Source of the DNA: Tubulanus polymorphus
Lineage: Eukaryota; Animalia; Nemertea
Direction: 5' to 3'
Assembly (NCBI RefSeq): GCF_964204645.1
Contig: NC_134030.1
Location: 541,355 to 605,354 of the forward strand
DNA: 64,000 nucleotides
The notes below the pieces were generated by a model. It did no database searches, was not told where the DNA came from, and was given only the letters and a program-made list of their open reading frames with translations. A program made the position numbers and the translations under genes. This document shows positions 1 to 11,488 of this stretch, piece by piece (positions within the stretch are counted from its first letter, which is position 1; each line of letters starts with the position of its first letter).

Positions 1-359
1 TAATGAAATGAAAAGTGATGATTTCTAAAAGCTTTCATTAAACCGTGGACTTCCATGATTAAACCACACTTTTCGCGTTCAACAACGAATTTCATCAAAC
101 ACTTTCAGATTCATGTAATTCCAGTTACTAAACTCAATCACGAGAATGAATTCCCGACGCTAGATTCATTCACTCATTCAATGTGTTCATTCCACACTCA
201 TAGAGTTCCAGTAAACAGTACTGACAAATATTTGTACAAAGACCGCTACTACACGTAATGCTTTCGCTGATTCCATCAATCATTGACTCCGTAATCCATG
301 CATTAATTGCTGATTTATGGATGTAGACATTTTTTCTGGAAAAAAAATCGAAAGGCAAT

Positions 360-785
360 TTGAGATGACGTCATTGAGAGGCATCCATTAGAGGGTAGCC
401 ATCTTTGATAGAAGGGTCTGATATAATCATTAGTAGCTGATTAGATGATGTCATAGGGGGATTTTATGATTGGCAGCCATATTCTAACCGGGCAGTTCTA
501 TGACGTTACGAATGGACCTCATATTATCGGCAGACGTATTTTCTTGAAGGGTAATTTACTATGACGTCATAGGGGTGGTTGGCATTTTCAAGGTCTCTAG
601 AGGAAGACTCGATATGATCATGATGTCATAGGGGTATTTATGGGCGGTGGGTCGGCTCAATGCGATGATGTCATAGGGGGATTTATGGGCGGTGGGTCGG
701 CTCAATCTGATGATGTCATAGGTGGATTTCATGTTGGGAACCATATTCTATTTGAAGAGTAATTCGATGACGTCATAGGGGGAAT
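360..785. repeat. Degenerate intronic minisatellite built on GATGA(C/T)GTCATAGGGG
   Basis: Motif recurs about 8 times (~364, 444, 499, 560, 621, 664, 708, 766) at 45-80 bp spacing. Confidence 0.65.
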
Positions 786-809
786 TGATGATATTGTTTG
801 CTGTTTTAG

Positions 810-969
810 ATGACCCATCTAGGTGAACCGTACGGTATTTGTAACCACACTCAAAGTAGAAGTTTCTACTACGAGAAATATTCGGATAGCGGGTGTAAAA
901 TGTCGTGCATGATGAGCGTGTATGAACAGGTTTGCGGCTGTCGTCTGTCGTTCATGCCTCATAAACACG
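810..969 (+). CDS. DEG/ENaC family channel, internal exon (thumb domain); gene is 5'-truncated by the window edge
   Basis: Bounded by ttttag| and |gttagt. Encodes MTHLGEPYGICNHTQSRSFYYEKYSDSGCKMSCMMSVYEQVCGCRLSFMPHKH, matching the L-x-x-PYG-x-C ... YS-xxx-C-xxx-C ... CxC thumb pattern. Not in the ORF track. Confidence 0.85.
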
Positions 970-970
970 G

Positions 971-1172
971 TTAGTATTACACCACCAGCCGGACCCGGCT
1001 CCGGCACCTGTCAGTATTACACCACCAGCCGGACCCGGCTCCAGCACCTGTCAGTATTACACCACCAGCCGGACCCGGCTCCGGCACCTGTCAGTATTAC
1101 ACCACCAGCCGGACCCGGCTCCAGCACCTGTCAGTATTACACCACCAGCCGGACCCGGCTCCAGCACCTGTC
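971..1172. repeat. 40-bp tandem repeat, 5 copies
   Basis: Unit tcagtattacaccaccagccggacccggctcc(g/a)gcacctg; starts at the splice donor of the 810-969 exon. Confidence 0.95.
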
Positions 1173-1282
1173 GTGACCTTACAGTTAACTCCACAGTTGA
1201 ATCTTTAGTTCATCATTACGAAATCTCTGTGAAATTCATCAGATCGATTTTAGTCAATCTTAATTAAGTCACTACTGCGACG

Positions 1283-1550
1283 TCCTGAACTGTGGAACTG
1301 GGTCCAGAAATGTGGAACTGGGTCCAGAACTGTGGAACTGGGTCCTGAACTGTGGAACTGGGTCCAGAAATGTGGAACTGGGTCCTGAACTGTGGAACTG
1401 GGTCCTGAACTGTGGAACTGGGTCCAGAACTGTGGAACTGGGTCCTGAACTGTGGAACTGGGTCCAGAAATGTGGAACTGGGTCCTGAACTGTGGAACTG
1501 GGTCCTGAACTGTGGAACTGGGTTCAGAACTGTGGAACTGCGTCCAGAAC
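1283..1550. repeat. 20-bp minisatellite (aactgtggaactgggtc + cWg), ~13 copies
   Basis: Direct tandem units; same family as 28318, 35224 and 45998, and as the MITE termini at 53678. Confidence 0.95.
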
Positions 1551-1601
1551 CATAAACATGATTGGATGATTTAAATGTGTATGATTCTCATTTTCCTGCA
1601 G

Positions 1602-1658
1602 GTTTTCCCAGACAATGTACTTTACGTGAACAATTTGAATGCGGTTCAAAAGCTAAAG
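1602..1658 (+). CDS. DEG/ENaC channel, 57-bp exon
   Basis: Bounded by ttcctgcag| and |gtaaga, phase 1-1. Encodes (G)FPRQCTLREQFECGSKAK with the remaining thumb cysteines; phase-compatible with both neighbouring exons. Confidence 0.85.
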
Positions 1659-1886
1659 GTAAGAAGACTAGTCTAAGCTAATGTTGGTTCTATAACCAAT
1701 GTAACAACCAGTTTAGGCTCATTTTGGTTCTATGTCAATCGACCAACTTAGACCAGTCTAAACTAATTTATTTGGTTCTATAATCAATCTAACAACTTAG
1801 AAACCAATCTTGTGGTCTAATAATATCATATCATTTTACGAATAATTAAAAAACAAATATTTTCATAATATTTTCTATATATTCAG

Positions 1887-3417
1887 ATGAATTCACTCGG
1901 TCGGAACACACCAGGTGTCGCTGTCCGGTGCCGTGTTCGATGACGATATATGAACCTAGTTTTTCATACAGCAGCACCTCCTACCTGGACGTCGATAAAC
2001 TAAAACGATTCGTGAACACGTCTGGATTACTGGACAAATTCACCAGAGCACGTGACATCAAAAGCGCCGTTATCACTAAATACGCGAAAAAAGATATCGA
2101 ACGTATCGAAAACTTACTTGCCGCAGGCGGCGTCGTTTATCGGATACTGTTCGTGGAAATGGTGCGCAAACTGCGGCGGTACGCGGGACGTGTGAAGAAA
2201 ACGGTGTCGAACCTGGACGTCAAGTTCGACGACTGGAACGATATAGTGAGACTACAGCGGGATATCTGTGATCGTCTGTTCTATCGAGGCGTGTTGAGTA
2301 TCGATAGGGGCTCGTTCGCGCAGGTGACGCTGGGTAATTCCGAATTCGAATACCGCACCGACACCTACATGAAAAAACTGATCGAATCCGGTATAAACGG
2401 TTATCACCGGGATATGTTAAAATTCGAATTGGACACTACTATCAAATCTCGCCGTAAGGTGGCGTCTGAAGCGCGTAGAAATGCTCAATCGGCCTACGAG
2501 ACGTTTACGACGGGTAAACCGTTAGCGAAATCAAATATAGAGGGCGTATCGGTCGCTATGGTTACGGCTGCCATACCGGAAACGACGTTAAACGCGTCGG
2601 TGAACCGGAACCACGTGATATCGAATCGCGTTCGAGAGTCTATAGATCGTCTGGGCGAGATGATTGACAGCTACCGGGAACTAGGTCAAATTACTGACCA
2701 CGCCTACAAATATGGCGTCGTCAACACGAGTCGAGTTAGAGAAATACACGGCAAGATTTCGGTGTTATCAGACGAGTTTAACAAAGACAGAGACGCTTTA
2801 CTGCATGACGTATATCGATATCCGACTAAAGTATTAGACTTGAAACTTAAATCGATCGTCGAACGACGAGTCAACTTCAAAAAACTCCATCATCAAATCG
2901 AGGCCGATATTCAAATTTTACTAACGGAAATTAACGAAACTAAAAATAGCGTCTGGCCAGTATTTACGAGACTAAAAGAGACCTTGATGGCGTATAAGAG
3001 CGACCCCTATATCGGCTGGTCGGTTATAGCGCGTCACACAACGTCGAAGGAAGTTGATAGTTTTGTGATCGGCCTTGAGAATCTCTTTCAACTGATCCGA
3101 TCCAAATCTCAAACTTTGTCCGAAAACTGTGACAAACTTCTCAATATCAGTTTATCGATTTTACAATCGGCCATGAGCGATACCGATTCTATGACGTATT
3201 TCCGGTCAGCTGCTGCTGATCGTGTATTGTGGGTAAAACAAGATTTCGAACTGTTGAAACGGTCGGTATTGTCGCAGTTCAGCGACCTTGACAACGGTTT
3301 CGATTTGAACGCGTTATTAGCCAATCATGGAAACGCGTTTAAAACGGCTCTGACCTACATGAGGGACCATCACCGAGAATATTTGGCTGAAAATAAAATA
3401 GGGTCTACATTCTATAG
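1887..3417 (+). CDS. DEG/ENaC channel, large exon (CxCPxPC motif, beta10, then ~480-aa insertion)
   Basis: Bounded by attcag| and TATAG|gtaata. Encodes (D)EFTRSEHTRCRCPVPCSMTIYEPSFSYS...; contains nearly all of the ORF-track 497-aa ORF 1928-3421. Confidence 0.88.
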
Positions 3418-3864
3418 GTAATAGATAAAGATATTTGAATTTCGAAAACAAACCCTGCAGAAAATCGTTTTTTTTCTTCGAAATTATCACATTATGTCGT
3501 GATTAAAAGGGTGCGACAAAAAATCGACGACTTCTTAAAAGTTCGGCTAAATTATTACAATAACCAAAGGTGGCGCTTTTTGCTTTTTATATATCCCAGG
3601 TTACATCAATATTTAAGAGCGGCGGCCATCTTGGATCACGTAAGATCTTGCGAGAGACCCGCAGGTTCAGTTGCTAAGCGCAACACATTTTCGCCGAATC
3701 TTGCATTGTTAAATCATTATCCAAGATGGCTGATTTAAATTGTAATAGATGTTTGGTGCGGCCATCTTTTCTTGATAATCTACGAGCATGCTGTTTATCC
3801 TTGTTCAATTTCGCGTTCGGATGTTGTTGAACTTTGATACTGTTTGTTTTTTCTAACTCTGTAG

Positions 3865-3956
3865 GGAAAACCTGCTGCAAGTAGATATATTCTATCAGAA
3901 ATTAAGTTATGAATTGATTCAACAACAAGCGGCCTACGACGCATACGCATTATTAT
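3865..3956 (+). CDS. DEG/ENaC channel, beta11-beta12 exon
   Basis: Bounded by ctgtag| and |gtgagt. Encodes (R)ENLLQVDIFYQKLSYELIQQQAAYDAYALL, the classic pre-TM2 segment. Confidence 0.92.
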
Positions 3957-4371
3957 GTGAGTTTACACACACGATCTTCCACCTATCCACCCCCTTCCAC
4001 TCAGTTCAACTCTCCACCTATCCACCCGTCCACCCAGAGTTCTCTTTGTAAAGACATTACTAAAACATTACCGCTATCCGCTATTCCACCCTGTTTAATT
4101 CTCTTCATATCCACCATCCTTCATCCCCTCCACCTATCCACCCTGTTCTTACATATCCACCCTGTTCTTACCTACCCACCCTGTTCCTTCCTTGCCTACT
4201 ATTTTCTTTCACACCCCCAGCTTGCATTCCATGTCCATTATTTTCAATTTGAAGACATTACTAAATTCCTGTAGAAGATAATTATCAGTTAGGAAATTCG
4301 AACGATTTTTCATCATTCAATCGATAATTATTGATTTTCTAATTTCAGAGTCTCATTGTTTCTATTTCTAG

Positions 4372-4499
4372 GTGATATAGGCGGTTCTATGGGTCTGTTT
4401 GTTGGAGCTAGCGTGCTGACTATGTTCGAATTGCTGGACGTTTTCGCTTATCAAATATTTAACAAAACCAAACGGAAACAAAAAACCACAGCTCTTTAG
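4372..4499 (+). CDS. DEG/ENaC channel, terminal exon (TM2 with GAS selectivity belt)
   Basis: Acceptor ttctag|. Encodes (C)DIGGSMGLFVGASVLTMFELLDVFAYQIFNKTKRKQKTTAL*, a diagnostic DEG/ENaC TM2. Confidence 0.95.
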
Positions 4500-5379
4500 A
4501 GTTGCGGCAAGCGAGTAATACGTTTACCTACTTAACCCGTTAGATGGCGCACGAGTTCCTTGGCTGAACGCGAACGACCGGCGGATTGAAGCGCGTCGCT
4601 CGAATATTAGTTCGAAGAAAATCCGATAGACGGCGTCGGTGTCTCCACTACGAGTTCGAATGAAAGAATTAGATTGATTGATGAATAAATGAATTGGTGA
4701 AACCCAAAGTTCCAGACTTGGGTGCGAAATATAGGGAAAAAGTCAAACTCAGCGGCGCCGGGAACTACCTCGGTATCAACACCTGAAGCCGCGGCGCGCA
4801 TCTGCTAAATCTAGTATTGTATTATTTTCCCATGATTTGGTTACGTTCAATAACACAAACGTACATAGATTTGAATGAATTTCCCATCATTTATTTCTCA
4901 GAAGAAGCGATCAATAGAATTAACGATTTATCATCGTTTTCAAAAAAAACAACAACAGGAACCGTTTTTCCAACCGTCTGTATTATTATTGAACGTCGCA
5001 TGGCTACGATAAACCCACACGACGATCACAGACTGAAAAAAAAACCACACATCGACGATGAATGGAAAAGAAGAAAGGGATTTATAAAGAGCCATCTAAA
5101 AAACTAATAATAAAGACATTTAAATATAATGCTGTAACTCGTGCTAGTCTGTGAGCACGTGGCACCGCATTGTAACACGTGACTGGTCGCCCGCACCAGC
5201 AGCAGCAGCAGCAGCGGCGGCAGTGGCGGCGACGTTATACGGGTCCCCGTTAATTCTAAACAATTCAAAATATTCAAAATAACTGTCTGGTCATAACAGG
5301 TACATAAATCACGTTAAAAAATCGATCAATGTCTGGTGGTAACTGCTATAGTACCTGCTATCACTCCGTGTGTACCTGA

Positions 5380-5770
5380 TGATCCGTGGTCTGATGGTAC
5401 CTACTATCCGTGGTCTCATCGGGTACCCATCTGTGGTCTGATGGTACCTACTATCCGTGGTCTCATCGGGTACCCATCTGTGGTCTGATGGTACCTACTA
5501 TCCGTGGTCTGATCGGGTACCCATCTGTGGTCTGATGGTACCTACTATCCGTGGTCTGATCGGGTACCCATCTGTGGTCTGATGGTACCTACTATCCGTG
5601 GTCTGATCGGGTACCCATCTGTGGTTTGATGGTACCTACTATCCGTGGTCTGATCGGGTACCCATCTGTGGTCTGATGGTACCTACTATCCGTGGTCTGA
5701 TCGGGTACCCATCTGTGGTCTGATGGTACCTACTATCCGTGGTCTGATGGTACTAAGTATCTGTGGTCTG
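5380..5770. repeat. 47-bp higher-order tandem repeat (24+23 bp subunits), ~8 copies
   Basis: atctgtggtctgatggtacctact + atccgtggtctgatcgggtaccc; lies just 5' of an AATAAA at ~5818. Confidence 0.93.
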
Positions 5771-6356
5771 CTGCTATGTCTGTTGGTACCAGTCTCTTTT
5801 GTTCCAATTTTCTCAGCAATAAAACAATACGATATTATGTGAACTTATATTATTTCAATGAGTTTTGGAGATTGTTATTGTTTCTATAATCACAAAAAAG
5901 AAATTGATTTATTACAAAAATCAACCGCGCTCTGTCTCAAACTATCCACTGCTGACAGACCATAACCAACTTTTGAGTAACTGCAGAACTAGAAATGCAT
6001 CATAAGATTTGAGATCGGAGTTTACTGATTAACAATGACCTATTCTTTCTAAGGAATCTAAAAGAGTGAACGCTATGGAACTGGACCTGAGTTGCTCAAA
6101 AGTTACTCAAAACAAACATAATAGTGAATTAATGGTATCTATTGTGGTATTTATAGCGGTAATTTCAACCATTCTTTCGGGATTTAGACCCCAGAATGAT
6201 TCATACAACTCCAACTCCAGTCTACGGAATTCCTCCCCCGATCGTGACTATTTCATAGGATTCAGTTAAGAAGCAAATCGAGATATGTAGATTATATTTT
6301 TACCCGATTTTTTCTCCTACTCGTCGCCGAAGTCAGACATAATCTGCTCGTATTCC

Positions 6357-6362
6357 AGCAGT

Positions 6363-6402
<40 letters not shown>
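6357..6402. repeat. (CAG)n microsatellite
   Basis: About 15 units with one interruption. Confidence 0.95.
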
Positions 6403-6403
<1 letters not shown>

Positions 6404-7454
6404 CAACAGCTACAGGTGTCGAATTCTACCAAAACACGTGAGGCGCGCGCATACTGACGTCATCGTAACCCGGGCGACAGTACAACAATGTCGATATGAT
6501 CGATGCGATTTACATAACCGTTTATATTGTAAACTAATTATCACCTTGGTGACGAGATTTTGAAATGGATGAGACCGCGAATGACACGATAACGGCTTTA
6601 ATTATCGTAATTATGTGTGCGCACGCGTGGTAATGATAGAGATTTGATCGTATTAAAACTGCTCATTTTAACTCCGGTCACGATCGCGTCGTCAAAATCA
6701 AACAGAAATTGATTTCATTTCGTCTCGCATTCGAGGCTACGAGTTGATGAATTATTATTGTCTGTTCTCATAAATCTAAATCGGTTTTGTTTCGTAACGG
6801 GCCATTTATTTAGTCTGCCTAATTCCGACAAAAGGCGGCGTCTATCCGTCATTGTGCGGTGATTTGAGAAATTAGGCATCGAAGATTCTTCTTTTCTTTT
6901 ATTAAAAAAGAAATCCTTATACCCCCCATACAAACAAAAATCATAGAATTTTTTGAATTCATTTAAACCTCTAAAAATGCTTCATAAATGCTTGAATATT
7001 CCCCTATACATGAAATAATTTCCGAAAATAATGAAGGATCTCGGAATCATGTTTCTTTGTCATATTTCTGTAAGTCAGAATATAATCGTTTAAATTGCCC
7101 GGCTTATTTTCGAAGTATATATTGTGTCAACTTGCTTCGTTCTTTTCAATGTAATTTATCCTGAAATAAAATTCTATACAGAGCAGGAAGTGAATGGAGA
7201 AATTAGATTCTAAAAATCCAATTACGGAATAAGAATAAACGAAGGTAAGGAAATTGTTTGGTGATATCATAGTGCTGAAAATGGAGCGAATATTGCATTC
7301 ATGATATCAATGATAAACCAAGATTGATATGAGAAAATTTCATGTTTTTTTAATACTTCGAACGGAAAATTAAAAGTTTTGAATGGTTTTAAGGACGTTG
7401 ATTCACACAAAGCGCGGAACGTGAGGAATTTGTGTGAAAATGAACTATAGTTAA

Positions 7455-7725
7455 ACTACAAGCATCGAGACTTACGTTTGGGTTTTAGGGTCAAATTAGA
7501 ATAAAAGATGGCGGTCGTAAGAAATATGGGAAATATATTTTCTCACAAGATATTTAACAGTGAAATAGACACTGAACTATGCGATAAGATTTGTTCTCAT
7601 GGAAAACTGCAAGCATTGAGTTTACGTTATATTTCAGGGTCAAATTAGAATAAAAGATGGCGGTCATTAGAATTATGGGAAATAGATTTTTTTCACAAGA
7701 GACATCGACACTGAAATAGACAGTG
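7455..7725. repeat. Diverged ~149-bp direct duplication
   Basis: gggtcaaattagaataaaagatggcggtc...tgaaatagaca occurs at ~7488 and ~7637. Confidence 0.8.
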
Positions 7726-10029
7726 CGCTTTAGTATAGAACGATTGGTTCTCATGTAGAAAATGTACATTACAGATCATTTCTCACAGGACAGACCCCCG
7801 TAAAAAACACCACACAACAAACAACATGTGCACCTTATAGTTCTGTTCATAACTGAAAGAAAGAAAGTGACATCTACCGCATTAACATCGGTTCTTTGTC
7901 GATATTGAGACGCCGAACAATGACGACTATGTGATTTTACGAACGGCTTCAAAAGACAGAATGTCACCTATAGTAACCCTCGCAAGAATGTGAACCTATA
8001 ATCACCTGACACAAACACACATCTATCGAGCTATCTATATAACTCACTATTCTTTACGATAATCGTAAAATTTCAATAGTTTTGAAAGTAATTTGAGTGA
8101 ACGCATTGAAAAAAAAAGAAAACAAGCCGACGTTCTCTCTACATAGCGTGATATTTATGCGACGATTTTCCGATGGGAAAAAACGGCGTGGGTTGTGTTA
8201 GTATTACGAGTATTGTATAGTCCCGACGGCGTGGTTTACGTTCAGGGGAGGAGGGTATCATGGCTGATGGATGTCTTACGTGTGATAAAACCCAACAATT
8301 AAATACACGTTTAAATTGATAAATCATACGTTCGCATTGTTGCGACGACAATAAATTCACAATAGATAATTGATCAGAATTCTCTCTACGTTCAACCAGC
8401 GACGACGCAACAATCGAAATGACGAGTATTTTTTATCGTTGTTGTCATAGATACTTCAACTCATTCATAATGAAAGAATGGTCACGAATTATTTTTATTA
8501 TTATTTTTTTTTATTATTGTTATTATTATTTAGATAAAAAGCCCTCGGTGAGTAATGATTATAATCTTACATTCCATTGATATCATCGACACCTTCCACG
8601 AAATGGATAGAAAGAAATGGTGTGAATTTAGATTCGGGGTTGTATGAAGCCACTGTGGGCTTGTACTACTGTCATGGCTCTCAAACAACTTTCACCAAAT
8701 GAAAAAAAGAGATTTTGAATTGAATGTATGATTAGATTTTGAATTAGTATGAAGCCCATTAAGGGTCTAAAAGTCACTGCTGTCAAGTTTTTGCTTGTAT
8801 TATTTTGTTACACAAAAATATACATTAAAAATGGCTAGAAATATCTTGCTTTGAGATTTTTTTTTAAAAATCGTCAAGTGGGGTGGTTAACCTACTTTGA
8901 AGAATTGGGCGTTTTTACCCAGGGGAATTTTACCTACAACCTATAATACACCGTTGCTTAATTTTCATTTTTAGGTGGGTTTTATATGAAATCTCAAATT
9001 TACGTAGATGATGATAGTGATAACAATGATAATTTCAAAACTCAAAGCACTTTACATTGAAACAATCTCAAAGACATATTTCTGAATCATCAGTTATCAG
9101 TTGTAAAATCGTATATCGTATTATCTCAATATTGTGAGATTCTCTCATAAACAATCTCAAAGTTATCTTGATAATGTGATAATTCATTATTCAACACATT
9201 ATGACATAAAATCACTTTACATTAAAGGAATCTCTAGGATATATTTTTAAACAGTCGGATCGACATTTATCAGTATTTATTGTAAAATCCCAAAGTTATC
9301 TTGATAATGATATCGATAATCTCTGAGAAATATTCCCGAAAATGTCATTTTCAATATTGTGTGAATTTCGTATATACATGTGACTATAGAGACCTCTGAT
9401 CGTCTGCTGATTATAGATTGTGTGTGAAATTTCCCAGATGAATTCTACATCGTCTGCCATCGCGATACACAGGATGTTTCACCCGAACACAACGGAACTC
9501 ACTCTTACAAATCCGACCCCCGAATTACCCAATGTTTTGCAACAAGGCCCCACCCGACTCATCGTGTATCATATAGGCAGTTTGGTCATCTGCCGGTGTG
9601 TACCCTATAATTTCACCGGACACTATGGACGCGTTATAGACGCGTTAACGTACAACAATAGAGTAATAATCGTGTAGACATTGTTGTAATACGTAAACGG
9701 TCCGTGTTGACGTAACGACTCCGACATTTCAACAATAGATTTTATTTTTGTACTAGTGTCACTGGGGAAGTTTGTATTCTGTACTAATTTAGTTTACTAT
9801 GTGGTTGTGTGTATACTGAATGTAGGGTTAGGGGGGGGTTCGCGGGGGAGGGGCGGGGGAGGGGGCGGGTGTACTGAAGGACGCCCCTCTGTTAGAAGGT
9901 GTATTCATTCAGGAATCTGTCCCGTGGTGCTTTACTGACAATCTTTAATTAGTGATGATTTGAATTGCTATCGATGTGTGTCCTGGATAGGAATGGTTGA
10001 TCTTCAGACAATCTACAGCCTGAATATGA

Positions 10030-11488
10030 GTTGCGGACGATCAGTTTTTGAAAGTGCGCTGAAAAAAAAGTCTAATATCTGGTGTTTATAGTTAGTTCAT
10101 TTTCAATTAGAAATGTCTCAGGTGAAGCACTGAACACATGTGAAGTGTGGACGATCAGTTTCTGAAAGTGTGCTGATAAAATGTCTAATATCTGGTGTTT
10201 GTAGTTCATTTTCAATTAAAAATGTCTCAAGTGAAGCACTGAACACATGTGAAGTGTGGACGATCAGTTTCTGAAAGTGTGCTGATAAAATGTCAAATAT
10301 CTGGTGTTTGTAGTTCATTTTCAATTAGAAATGTCTCAGGTGAAGCACTGAACACATGTGAAGTGTGGACGATCAGTTTCTGAAAGTGTGCTGATAAAAT
10401 GTCTAATATCTGGTGTTTGTAGTTCATTTTCAATTAGAAATGTCTCAGGTGAAGCACTGAACACATGTGAAGTGTGGACGATCAGTTTCTGAAAGTGTGC
10501 TGATAAAATGTCTAATATCTGGTGTTTGTAGTTCATTTTCAATTAGAAATGTCTCAGGTGAAGCACTGAACACATGTGAAGTGTGGACGATCAGTTTCTG
10601 AAAGTGTGCTGATAAAATGTCTAATATCTGGTGTTTGTAGTTCATTTTCAATTAGAAATGTCTCAGGTTCAATTAGAAATGTCTCAGGTGAAGTACTGAA
10701 CACATGTGAAGTGTGGACGATCGGTTTATGAAAGTGTGCTGATAAAATGTCTAATATCTGGTGTTTGTAGTTCATTTTCAATTGGAAATGTCTCAGGTGA
10801 AGCACTGAACACATGTGAAGTGTGGACGATCAGTTTCTGAAAGTGTGCTGATAAAATGTCTAATATCTGGTGTTTGTAGTTCATTTTCAATTAGAAATGT
10901 CTCAGGTGAAGTACTGAACACATGTGAAGTGTGGACGATCGGTTTATGAAAGTGTGCTGATAAAATGTCTAATATCTGGTGTTTGTAGTTCATTTTCAAT
11001 TAGAAATGTCTCAGGTGAAGCACTGAACACATGTGAAGTGTGGACGATCAGTTTCTGAAAGTGAGCTGATAAAATGTCTAATATCTGGTGTTTGTAGTTC
11101 ATTTTCAATTAGAAATGTCTCAGGTGAAGAAATGAACACATGTGAAGTGTGGACGATCAGTTTCTGAAAGTGTGCTGATAAAATGTCTAATATCTGGTGT
11201 TTGTAGTTCATTTTCAATTAAAAATGTCTCAGGTGAAGCACTGAACACATGTGAAGTGTGGACGATCGGTTTATGAAAGTGTGCTGATAAAATGTCTAAT
11301 ATCTGGTGTTTGTAGTTCATTTTCAATTAGAAATGTCTCAGGTGAAGCACTGAACACATGTGAAGTGTGGACGATCAGTTTCTGAAAGTGTGCTGATAAA
11401 ATGTCTAATATCTGGTGTTTGTAGTTCATTTTCAATTAGAAATGTCTCAGGTGAAGCACTGAACACATGTGAAGTGTGGACGATCAGT
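10030..11488. repeat. 109-bp tandem satellite, ~13 copies
   Basis: Unit tctcaggtgaagcactgaacacatgtgaagtgtggacgatcagtttctgaaagtgtgctgataaaatg...; ORF-track repeats recur at 109-bp steps; one internal ~20-bp duplication near 10665. Confidence 0.97.

Noticed and set aside
55-258. 67-aa ORF as a further upstream DEG/ENaC exon (HENEFP resembles the H-x-Q-x-E-x-P palm motif)
   Set aside because: The expected flanking G-x-x-V and PG motifs are missing and no convincing phase-compatible splice pair was found.
971-1172. GTCAGT in each 40-bp unit as alternative splice donors extending the channel exon
   Set aside because: Read-through of the true donor hits an in-frame TAG immediately (GGT TAG), so extended forms could not encode channel.
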